Source of the DNA: Microcaecilia unicolor | Taxonomy: Eukaryota | Reading direction: 5' to 3' | Assembly: GCF_901765095.1 (NCBI RefSeq) | Contig: NW_021963017.1 | Location: 110,253-174,252, forward strand | Length of the DNA: 64,000 nucleotides | In this document: piece by piece, positions 37,560-47,419 of the stretch | Numbering within the stretch: the first letter of the stretch is position 1 | How the letters are laid out: the number at the start of each line of letters is the position of its first letter | Notes under the pieces: model-generated | Seen by the model: only the letters and a program-made list of their open reading frames with translations | Told to the model about the DNA's origin: nothing | Databases searched by the model: none | Program-made: the position numbers and the translations under genes

Positions 37560-38590
37560 TACAGCTTATTTTCGAAAGTGAAAGACACCCATATTTCGAC
37601 CCAAATCGGGAGATGGGCGTCTTTCTCCCAGGGGCGCCCAAATCAGTATAATCGAAAGCCGATTTTGGGCGTCTCCAACTGCAATCTGTCATGGAAACGG
37701 ACAAAGTTGACGGGGGAGTGTCAGAGACGTGGTGAAGGCGGGACTGGGGCGTGTTTATCGGCCGAGGAGAGAAGGGCGCGCTCGGCCGATAATGGAAAAA
37801 AGAAAGGTGTTTTTAGCGCGAATGTAGGTCACTTCTTTTTTTACCCTTTTTTTTTCACGAAGTCCTAAAAAAGTGCCCTAAATGACCAGATGACCACCGG
37901 AGGGAATCGGGGATGACCTCCCCTGACTCCCAAAGTGGTCACTAACCCCCTCCCACCAAAAAAAAAAAAAAGAACTGTCAAAACTTTTTTTTCCAGCCTG
38001 TATGCCAGCCTCAAATGTCATACCCAGCTCCATCGCAGCAGTCCCTGGAGCAGTTGTTAGTGGGTGCAGTGGACTTCACCCAGGTGGACCCAGGCCCATC
38101 CCCCCCTACCTGTTACACTTGTGCTGGTAAATGGGAGCAGTCCAAACCGCCCCCAAAACCCACAGTAGCCACATGTAGGTGCCCCCCCTTCAGCCATAAG
38201 TGCTATGGTAATGGTGTAGAGTTGTTGGCAGTGGGTTTTGGGGGGGATTTGGGGGGCTCAGCACCCAAGGTAAGGAAGCTATGGACTTGGAAGGTATTTT
38301 AATTTTTTTTTTTTTGTTACAAGTGCCCCCTAGGGTGCCCGGTTGGTGTCCTGGCATGTGAGGGGGGCCAGTGCACTACGAACCCTGGCCCCTCCCACAA
38401 CCAAATACCCTGGATTTGTTCATTTTTTAGCTGGGCGCCTTTGGTTTCCATTATTGCTGAAAAACGATACCGCCCAGCTCAAATCCGCATAAATCTGATG
38501 CATTTGCCTGGCACAAACCGAATTATCGAAAAAAAAGATGGACGCCCATCTTTTTCGAAAATACGGTCTGTCCCGCCCCTTCACGTGCCC
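37560..38590. mobile_element. Possible ~1-kb nonautonomous TIR element. CpG-containing inverted termini (agatgggcgtctttctc at ~37605; gatggacgcccatctttttcgaaaata at ~38545).
   Basis: Inverted complementary 11-14-mers ~950 bp apart, each with flanking cgaaa motifs. No transposase ORF. Confidence 0.25.
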
Positions 38591-39100
38591 GTTCTCGGAG
38601 ATAGACGGATTATACCCCTGTGCATAATGCGATATTGGATGTCCTTGAGTGCCACATTAGGCGTCACAGAATGAAAACTCCAAAATGCAGCCCCCAATAT
38701 GTCTACTGATACAGGATCTGTTATGTTCTTGCTCCAAGTCTCCACCAGCTGCACCAGGTAAAGGGCCTTCCTAGTGGTCCGAATCAGCTGGTGCCATTGT
38801 GACAATTTGTTTAAGCCGGGGGGGAATTTGTAAAAATAGATAATCCATTTGCGTAAAGGTTGCTTGTGCTCGGCTACCAGAATATAGTCTCTCACTTGAA
38901 GGAAAGCAAAAAATTGTGAGTTGGGGATTTGCCATGCACGCCTAGCTTGCTCAAATGAGGGAAAGGTCTCACCTCCCAACTGTCTGAAGTGTCCCAAGTA
39001 CCAATACCCATTTCTCCTCCACTGTCTAAACACAGATGCCAAAACAAAAAGGCACACAATTGCTTACAAAACAGTATATAAAAAACAATAAAGCAGTGGA
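38580..39100 (-). mobile_element. L1 ORF2 C-terminal-domain fragment (...ALKDIQYRIMHRGIIRLSP).
   Basis: Track ORF 38581-39057(-) with the L1 C-terminal LRDFQYKILHR-like motif. Confidence 0.5.
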
Positions 39101-40678
39101 ATCAAATGCATTTATTGGAATACCCGACGTGGCCATGTTTCGCCCTCAGGCTGCGTCAGGGGTACAAACTATGAAAACAAAACAAGTATAAAAACATATA
39201 TAGCCATACATAATAACAATGTCACAAACCAGAATGTTACTGGGGAAATTAGTAACATTCTGGTTTGTGTATTGCAGGGGAATGTCCTTGAGACAGCCCA
39301 TGTTTGGGCGAAACGTGCATGTCGGGCAGATGATCCCCTGAGTCCGACAAACTAAACAAACTTGAAAAGATAAGTTAATTTGAGATATTTCGCTAACTAT
39401 AAGAGGAGGCTATATATTTAAAAAGAACCGGTGAAGATATTGATGTTGTATATATCGCTAAAGCCTGAAATTGGTAGTGATTAACATCACTGAGGTTCTG
39501 GGGAAATATCTATGATATGATCTGAAGATTAAAAGCTTTGAATGTTCTGACTTATATGCTTTAGGAGACACATATCCAGAGATGGGATCAGCATCTTTTA
39601 CAATCCAGATTGTACACTGAATGCTATATGCATTTTGATCCCTCTGGGGAGAAAAAAAAAGGAGGGGGGGTAGTTAGCACTTTATGTTCGTAGGCATACC
39701 TTTTGTCCATGACAGTATTTACAAAGATCCTCTTGGGTGGTGCTTAGCAATTAAAAGCTGGCTTACTGGGCAGTGCTATACTTTCATAAATATATATACC
39801 CCGAATATTGGCTGGGGGAATTTTCCTATGATATACATGAAGCTCTCTCTAAATTCACTCAAGGTATGTTGCTACTGGGGGGTGATTTTAACCTGCCATA
39901 TGGGATGACACTAGATCAAGCTGAGGCTAGCTCAGCTTCTCGAAATTAATTTGATGAAATCATTGGATCTTTTGGATATTTGGCACTTACAGCATCCGAA
40001 ACAACAATGTACTCTTTTTACTCCTACACACAAGGTATATGTACTTGCATAGAAGTGTGCAGTAGGCAATTATGGGGACAGACTGTTGATTCACATATAA
40101 AAAGCATCCAAATTTCTGATTGTGCCCCGGTTTGGATATCTATGGGGGCCTTGGCTGAAGAGATGCGCCAAACCTTTTGGAGACTTAATACCTACTGAGG
40201 GACCCAGTGGCTTGTGCGGATATTAGAGCTGTCATGAAATGCTACCTGGACAGTAATGATAATGACACAGTTTTGGATGGAACTTTATGGGATGCTTTGA
40301 AAGCGGTGGTGAGAGGGCACTTGGTTAAGTGGGGTGCACGTAAGGAAAAAAAAGCTCAGGAGCAAATGGAGCTTAGGCTTCAAGCTCAACTAGTACATTT
40401 AGAGACAACATCCGAGATGCTCCACGGTTGAGCTTCTGAATCACTTACAGCAATGTAGAGCTGAACTGCATACCTTACAGGAAGAGAAAGTAGAGTTCAG
40501 ATGCATTTGCTTAAACAGAAGTTTCTTTGAATTTGGTAATAAGTCTGGTAGTATGTTGGCGAGAAATTTGCAGGACAAGGTGAGAGGGGCCACGATCTTG
40601 AAGATTAAAGGGCTGGATGGATCCCTACGCTACATGGATGGGGAGATTCATGAACATTTTATTCAATACTATAAGAAA

Positions 40679-42320
40679 CTAGCTCTACCCGGCCACGCGT
40701 TGCTGTGGCTCAGTCTGGTTAAATAGAAAAGAAAGAAAAGAGGAAGTGCACGTTTCTAATATGTTTAATTTCACAATGCTTGTGGGTATACAATATTTTT
40801 TGTTGTTCCATTGTGTGTGCAGAGATAAGAGATTGTCTGGTTTGCCGACTGTAGAACATGCAACATATAATTGTCCATATGAGAAGCAATCCGTGTGTAG
40901 ATGTAAACAGGTGAATTCTAAAGATTGGCCCTGAGCTTTGTTGATGGTGATTGCAAATGCCAATCGAATTGGGAATTGCAATCTCTTAAATTGAAATGGC
41001 ATATCTGCTGGAATCATAGGAATGCGAGGAATGAGGACATCTTCACCTTTGAAAGGTCCTGTCAAGACTGTTGCTTGTACGACATTGGTCATAAATTTTT
41101 TTACTGCAAGCCGCGTGCAGTTGCAAAGCTTTGGCTGGTTGATATTTCGCAACATGATAATTGGCACGCTGATTTTCAATTGCAGTACGTGCGGTGGCAT
41201 CCCTGGCAGATCGAGTGAATTGAAAAATTCTGTTGGATAATTAACCGCTTCATCTGCTTCCAGGACAGTGTCGACGGACTTGTATGTGAGTGGCTCGCTT
41301 TGAATGTTAGACTGAATAATATTGTTCAGTTCGTAGACGTCTTTGTTCTTGGCCGCAAGAATAGCTCGTTCACTCAGCGAATCGTGATTGTTATAATTGG
41401 TTAGAATATTGGGAAATACTCTCTCAACCAATTGTTCTTTTGACATCACTAAATTGGAGAAGTTATGAGGCAATGAAATTCGTCCTGAGGTCAGATCAAC
41501 CGGCACGTTTCCATTACCAATTTTCAGCAATTGATGTGACAATATCTGAGCTGATTGATCATTTTGCAATTGGACACGCATATTTGTAGTTAAGTTTAAC
41601 GTCTTTACGTGTTGCCACAAAGTAGAGCATTTTAGGCAAGCATTTATTTCGTCAGCTGGTGTGGATCGAGGAACTACAGGTAATGTTTGCCTGAAATGTC
41701 CTGCAAGCAATATTAATGTGTTCCCAAATGGTCTGATGTTTCCACACAAATCTTGCAATGATTGATCAAGAGCCTCGAGGGATTTTTTTTCGCTGTGCTG
41801 TTTCCTCAGCACATATTTGAGTTATTCTTTGTCTGTTTCGCTCGTTCGCTGATGCCCGTTCTTCCTCAGTTTGATTTGCAATTGTAGGTATATAAAAACA
41901 CGCGCGTATTCGAATGCAACTTTGTGTTGAAATTTCAAAGCAATCGGTGAAGACCTTTCAGAAATTTAAGCCACTGTCAGCCTGTCGCGTTGATTCTGTT
42001 GAGAACAAAGCAGATCTGAAGCTGCAGAACGCGATCGCCATGCTCGCAACCGTGCACCAAGTCTGGCTGCACGTCGCTGTGCTGTTTCCTCGGCACATAT
42101 TTGAGCCATTGTTTGTGTGTTTCGCTCGTTCGCTGATGGCCGTTGTTCCTCAGTTTGATTTGCAATTACTCGTCGCACTACTTCCACTCCGCGAGTACGA
42201 CAGCTGTGACATAAAAACATGCGCGTATTCGAATGCAACGTTGTGTCCAAATTTGAAAGCAATCGGTGAAGAACTTTCGGAGATTTAAGATTTTGAACAA
42301 ACGAACATTTACATTTTTAT
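40679..42320 (-). mobile_element. Helitron-like fragment. ORF 41812-40685 is the C-terminal half of a PIF1-family helicase (LILLAGHFRQTLPVV; FAITINKAQGQSLE...GQLYVACSTVG). The 3' terminus has a short GC hairpin (GCCACagcaacgcGTGGC), 9 nt, then CTAG (40682-40679) abutting host T. The host target is A|T (aagaaA|Ttatatag). The 5' end is non-canonical or truncated.
   Basis: 375-aa open frame with helicase motifs IV-VI of Helitron Rep/Hel proteins. Terminus and target dinucleotide fit Helitron rules. The split L1 codons flank it. Confidence 0.55.
41795..42290. repeat. Two direct copies of a ~180-215-bp unit (41795-41970 and 42075-42290) separated by ~100 bp, at the 5' side of the Helitron-like fragment. 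The helicase ORF's first codons (MLRKQHSEKK) lie in the first unit.
   Basis: cgctgtgctgtttcctc(a/g)gcacatatttgag...gtttgatttgcaatt...gcgcgtattcgaatgcaac...gcaatcggtgaaga...tttaag appears in both copies. Confidence 0.6.
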
Positions 42321-43319
42321 TTATATAGATTATGTAGTTAGGATCTCAATTTAAATGTTTCTGAAATTCAGGATTATCTTTCTCAGGTAATTCTCCTATG
42401 CCTCTCGGAGGTTGATCAGGCTTTTCTTGAGGCTCCCTTTCCCATCAAGAGATCTTGAAAGTGATAAAGGGGTTGGGTGGGGGCAAAACTCCGGGTTTGG
42501 ATGGTTTTAGTGTTAATTCTATGAAATGTTTGGTATGGAGGTGAGCCCCCTCCTTCTCCGGATAGGCAATTCTAGTTGGGAGGGAGGGCGCTTGGCGAAG
42601 AGCATGTGAGAGGCTGGCATTTCTGTACTTTTGAAACCGGGCAGAGATTCAGCGGTTTGTGGTTCATATAGACCGATCTCCCTTATAAATGTAGATATCA
42701 AAATTTTGGCAAAGGTGATGGCAGATAGGATGGGTCAGGTGCTTCCTACATTTATTCACCAGGATCAGTCCTGATTCCAGCCCAGAGACAAGTGACTGAT
42801 AATATCTGTAGGACGCTGAAATTACTAAGGTTGGTTAGGGACTGTGCAGAACCAGTGACCTTTCTAGCTACTGATGCAGAAAAGGCCTTTGACAGGTTCG
42901 CTTGGCCCGTTCTTTGGCAAGTTATGTTGGTTATGGCATTTGGGCCGCAACTAATTGGATGGTTACAACAATTATATGCAGGACCAATGGCTTGGATCCG
43001 TACTAACGGTGGGTACACCAACACCATTTCAATAGAACGGGATACTCAACAGGGTTGTCCCCTTTCTCCATTGCTGCACTTGCTCAATGGGTTTGGTCTT
43101 TGGGAGATATACGGGGAATTGAAGTGGGAGATGACATGCATAAGATTGCTTTGTTTGTGGATGACTTCTTATTTTATATTACCTCTCCAGGGTTGACATT
43201 GTCTCCCCACAGGATGAATCTAGATTGCGGCAGGATTTTCCTTTTTACTGGGCAAAACGTAAACTTTTGTTGTTTGGGTATTCTAAAGACTGGTGCCAGG
43301 TTTTTTTCTTTAAATTATC

Positions 43320-43560
43320 TTAGCGGAGTTTAAAAAAGGTTTGTACGGCTTCCTAAATGAAAAGTCCATAGACCGATATTAAATGGACTTGGGGGAAAAT
43401 CCACTATTTCTGGGATAAGCAGCATAAAATGGTTTGTACATTTTTGGGATCTTGCCGGGTATTTGTGACCTGGATTGGCCACTGTTGGAAACAGGATGCT
43501 GGGCTCAATGGACCTTTGGTCTTTCCCAGTATGGCAATACTTATGTACTTATGGCGACAG
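43320..43560 (+). mobile_element. CR1 3'-end fragment (AEFKKGLYGFLNEKSIDRY* + conserved 3'UTR) nested in the L1.
   Basis: 43380-43560 is near-identical to 3520-3700. Confidence 0.5.
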
Positions 43561-44882
43561 ATTTGAGATTTACTTTGTTGGCGAAAAGGTTGGTAGGGTT
43601 GTACAGCTATTTTATCATGCCTTTTTTTTCCTTTTTCAGACATTCCCAGAGGTTGTACCTCAGTCTATTCTGCGGGTTCTTCACGCGGGGATATCCACAT
43701 TCATCTACGGTGGGAAGCCCTCTCGACTTTATCAAAAAGTGACGTGGCAGGCAGTTGACCTGGTGGGCAGAGGTGTTCCCAATGTTCTTTGGTATTATTG
43801 GCCTTGAGAATTAAAGCTGATTTAGCCTGGGAAAGCAAAGATACTTACCTGTAGCAGGTATTCTCCAAGGACAGCAGGACGATTGTTCTCACATGTGGGT
43901 CGAAGTACGCAGCAGCCCAGGAATCAGGAAAAATTTTGCAAGCAAAATAATAACGTCTTTCCAGAGAGTTCCAGGAACTGCGCATGCACGAACGACTTCC
44001 CACCCGCCGTGTGAGCGTGCCTCTTTAGTTTAATCAAAAAGCATAAAAACAACAACAACTCCAAAGGGAAGGAGGGCAGGTTTGTGAGAACAATCAGCCT
44101 GCTGTCCTCGGAGAATACCTGCTACAGGTAAGTATCTTCGCTTTTTCTGAGGACAAGCAGGCTGCTTGTTCTCACATGTGGGGTATCCCTAGCAACCAGT
44201 CTCACTCAAAACAATGAACATTGGTCAACTGGGCCTCGCAATGGCGAGGACATAACAGATTGACCTGAAACCAAAATCAACTAACAGAGTACAGCCTGGA
44301 ACAGAATCAAAATGGGTCTAGGGGGGGTGGAGTTGGATTCTAAACCCCGAACAGATTCTGCAGCACCACCTGCCCAAACCGACTGTCGCATCAGGTATCT
44401 TGCTGAAGGCAGTAATGAGATGTGAATGTGTGGACTGATTACCACGTTGCAGCCTTGCAAATCTCTTCAATGGAGGCCAACTTTAAGTGGGCCACTGACG
44501 CAGCCATGGCTCTAACATTAAGAGCTGTGACATGATCCTGTAGAGTCAACCCAACTTGGGCATAAGTGAAGGAAATGCAATCCGCTAACCAATTAAAAAT
44601 TGTGCGTTTTCCGATGGCGACTCCCCTCCTGTTGGGGTCGAAAGAAACAAACTGGGCGGACTATCTGAAGGGCTTTGTCCGCTCCACGTAAAAACGCCAA
44701 TGCTCTCTTGAAGTCCAAGGTATGCAAACTGCTTTCACCAGGCAGGTATGAGGACGGGGAAAAAATGTTGGCAAGACAATTGACTGGTTCAGATGGAACT
44801 CAGACACCACCTTCGGCAAGAACTTAGGGTGCATGCGAAGGACTACTCTGTTCTGATGAAACTTGATATAAAGGTGCATGAA

Positions 44883-45080
44883 CTACCAGGGCCTGAAGCT
44901 CACTGACCCTACGAGCTGAAGTAACAGCCACCAAGAAATGACCTTCCAGGTCAAATACTTCAGATGGCAGGAATTCAGTGGCTCAAAAGGAATTTTCATC
45001 AGCTGGGTGAGAACGACGATGAGATCCCATGACACTGGTGGAGGTTTGACCGGGGGCTTTGACAAAAGCAAACCTCTCAT
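44883..45080 (-). CDS. DIRS-A tyrosine recombinase N-terminal core-binding segment (PPPVSWDLIVVLTQLMKIPFEPLNSCHLKYLTWKV); the catalytic part appears truncated.
   Basis: The W.L..VL..L...PFEPL motif is shared with 61484-61708(-) and resembles 52410-52829(-). Confidence 0.4.
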   Translation of the reverse strand: MRGLLLSKPPVKPPPVSWDLIVVLTQLMKIPFEPLNSCHLKYLTWKVISWWLLLQLVGSVSFRPW

Positions 45081-45368
45081 GAAGCAAACAACTAAAGGCT
45101 GTCCAGAGATAGGCTTACCTTCTACACGGCGATGATAAGCACTAATGCACTAAGGTGAACTCTTACAGAGTTCATCTTGAGACCCAACTCTGACAAGAGT
45201 AGAAGGTATTCAAGCAGGGTCTGTGTAGAACAAGAAAGGGGATCTAGGGCCTTGCTGTCACACCAGACGGCAAACCTCCTCCATTTGAAAGAGTAACACC
45301 TCCTGGTGGAATCTTTTCTGGAAGCAAGACTTGGGAGACACCCTCTGAAAGACCCAAGGAGGCGAATT

Positions 45369-45866
45369 CTAAGCTCTCAACATCCAGGCCGAGAGAGCCA
45401 GGGACTGGAGGCTGGGATGTAGAAGCGACCCCTCATTCTGAGTGATGAGGGTTGGAAAACATTCCAATCTCCACAGTTCTTCAAAAGACAACTCCAGAAG
45501 AAGAGGGAACCAAATCTGATGCAGCCAGAAAGGAGCTATCAGAATCATGGTTCCATAATCTTGTTTGAGTTTCAGCAAACTCTTCCCTATTAGAGGTATG
45601 GGAGGATATGCATACAGAAGGCCTGATCCCCAATGCAGGAGAAAGGCATCCAACGCTAGTCTGTCGTGGGCCTGAAGCCTGGAACAGAACTGAGGGACCT
45701 TGTGATTGATCTGATTGGTAAAAAGATCCACAGAGGGGGTGCCACACGCTCGGAAGATCTTGCGGACAACGTCCATGTTAAGTGACCACTCGTGAGGTTG
45801 CATTACCCTGCTCAGTCTGTCGGCCAGACTGTTTACGCCTGCCAGATAAGTGGCTTGGAGAAACAT
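45369..45866 (-). CDS. DIRS-A RNase H C-terminus + conserved DIRS/Ngaro downstream domain (YLAGVNSLADRLSR...VDLFTNQINHKVPQFCS...LIAPFWLHQIWFPLLLEL).
   Basis: N..AD.LSR RNase H end and the VDLFA..N..LP.F.S...APPW..Q.WFP block. Confidence 0.5.
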   Translation of the reverse strand: MFLQATYLAGVNSLADRLSRVMQPHEWSLNMDVVRKIFRACGTPSVDLFTNQINHKVPQFCSRLQAHDRLALDAFLLHWGSGLLYAYPPIPLIGKSLLKLKQDYGTMILIAPFWLHQIWFPLLLELSFEELWRLECFPTLITQNEGSLLHPSLQSLALSAWMLRA

Positions 45867-46707
45867 GCAGTGATGGCGTGCCCAAAGCTACATCTGGACG
45901 GCTTCCTGACAAAGAGGGCAAGATCCGGTGCCCCCTTGCTTGTCGGTATAATACATGGCAACCTGATTGACTGTCTGAATCAATATGACTTGGTTGGACA
46001 GCCGGTCTCTGAAAGCATTTAGAGCATTCCAGATCACTTGCACTTCCAGGAGATTGGATCTGAAGACCTTTCTCCTGAAAGGACCAAGCTCCTTGAGTGT
46101 GAAGCCCATCTACATGAGCTCCCCACCCCAGGAGGGATGCATCCGTCGTCAGCACTTTTTGTGGCTGAGGAATTTGGAATGGACGTCCCAAGGTCAAATT
46201 GGGCCAAATCGTCCACCACTGCAAGGAATTCCGAAAGTCGGTGGACAGTTGGATCACATCCTCTAGACTTCCCGCAGCTTGATACCACTGGGAAGCTAGG
46301 GTCCAATGAGCTGATCTCATGTGTAGGCGTGCCATGGGAGTCACATAAACTGTCGAGGCCATGTGCCCCAGAAGTCTCAACATCTGCCGAGCTGTGATCT
46401 GTTGAGACGCTCGAACGAAGGACACTAGGGACAGGAGGTTGTATGCCCTCGCCTCGGGGAGATAAGCTCGAGCTGTCTTTGTGTTCAACAGTGCTCCAAT
46501 GAATTCCAATTTTTGAACTGATTTGAGATGGGACTTTGAATAATTGATTACGAACCCCAGTAGTTCTAGCACCTGAATAGTTATTCGCATGGACTGTAGA
46601 GCGCCTGCCGAGGTGCTCTTCACCAGCCAATCATCGAGATAAGGGAACACATGCTTTCCCAGTCTGTGCAGCGACGCAGCGACTACCACCAAGCACTTCG
46701 TGAACAC
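45778..46707 (-). CDS. DIRS-A RT / RNase H ORF (309 aa: ...FPYLDDWLVKS..., INYSKSHL, ...LEFIGALLN..., ...TTDASLLGWGAHV...).
   Basis: YxDD box, the KS.L...FLG-type motif and the TDAS..GWGA RNase H start. Confidence 0.55.
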   Translation of the reverse strand: MFTKCLVVVAASLHRLGKHVFPYLDDWLVKSTSAGALQSMRITIQVLELLGFVINYSKSHLKSVQKLEFIGALLNTKTARAYLPEARAYNLLSLVSFVRASQQITARQMLRLLGHMASTVYVTPMARLHMRSAHWTLASQWYQAAGSLEDVIQLSTDFRNSLQWWTIWPNLTLGRPFQIPQPQKVLTTDASLLGWGAHVDGLHTQGAWSFQEKGLQIQSPGSASDLECSKCFQRPAVQPSHIDSDSQSGCHVLYRQARGHRILPSLSGSRPDVALGTPSLHVSPSHLSGRRKQSGRQTEQGNATSRVVT

Positions 46708-46918
46708 TCTGGGCGCAGATGCCAGACCAAAGGGCTGTACACAATACTGAAAGTGCTGAGTTCCCAGCCGAAATTGAAGCTACTTCCTGTGAGCTGGGAG
46801 TATCGAGATGTGTGTATAAGCATTCTTTAAATCCGGAGAGCATAGCCAATCGTTCTCCTGAATCATGGGAAGAAGTGTGCCTAGGGAAACCATCCTGAGC
46901 TTTTCTCGAACCAGATAA

Positions 46919-47419
46919 TTATTCAGGCCACCCAGGTCGACTCCCCTTCGACATCGGTGGAGTGGGATTGGGCATCGACTTCTCGACATCGCCACAGAGG
47001 ACATCGTTCCTCAGCGTCGAGGCAGGTCCAGTGTCAGAATACCTTGACACAGGTTGTGTCTGACACTGAGCAAGAGCGCTCGTGGGAATCAGAGGAAGAT
47101 CCCAGGTACTTCTGATGAATCCTTTGGGAGGCCTCGAGACAGGTGGAGATTCACTTGACGCCTCACTGCTCCCAGTGCGAGTTGGTCTCTCAGCAGCCAT
47201 TACCTCTCTCCTCGACGTCGATGCTCCTGTCGATGTCGACGATGCCAACCTTGGTACCAATGTCGATGTCGAGGGTCCGGACTGAGCCCCAAAAAGCTTT
47301 TCCCATTGGGCTTCTTGGGACGCTTGGGTCCGTTTCTTCATACGAAGACAGACTACAAGCAGCTGGGCTATGGTCGGGCCCAATCTGTACCTGAGATGGT
47401 CCGGTTGCACCGAGTACAA
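46919..47419 (-). CDS. DIRS-A gag-like ORF (166 aa).
   Basis: Homologous to the second copy at 4353-5024(-). Confidence 0.4.
   Translation of the reverse strand: MYSVQPDHLRYRLGPTIAQLLVVCLRMKKRTQASQEAQWEKLFGAQSGPSTSTLVPRLASSTSTGASTSRREVMAAERPTRTGSSEASSESPPVSRPPKGFIRSTWDLPLIPTSALAQCQTQPVSRYSDTGPASTLRNDVLCGDVEKSMPNPTPPMSKGSRPGWPE

Noticed and set aside
40685-41812. Host PIF1 helicase exon.
   Set aside because: A 375-aa uninterrupted stretch with no splice structure sits inside an L1. It has a Helitron-type 3' terminus and an A|T target, and shows Helitron Rep/Hel helicase motifs rather than an exon-sized piece of PIF1.
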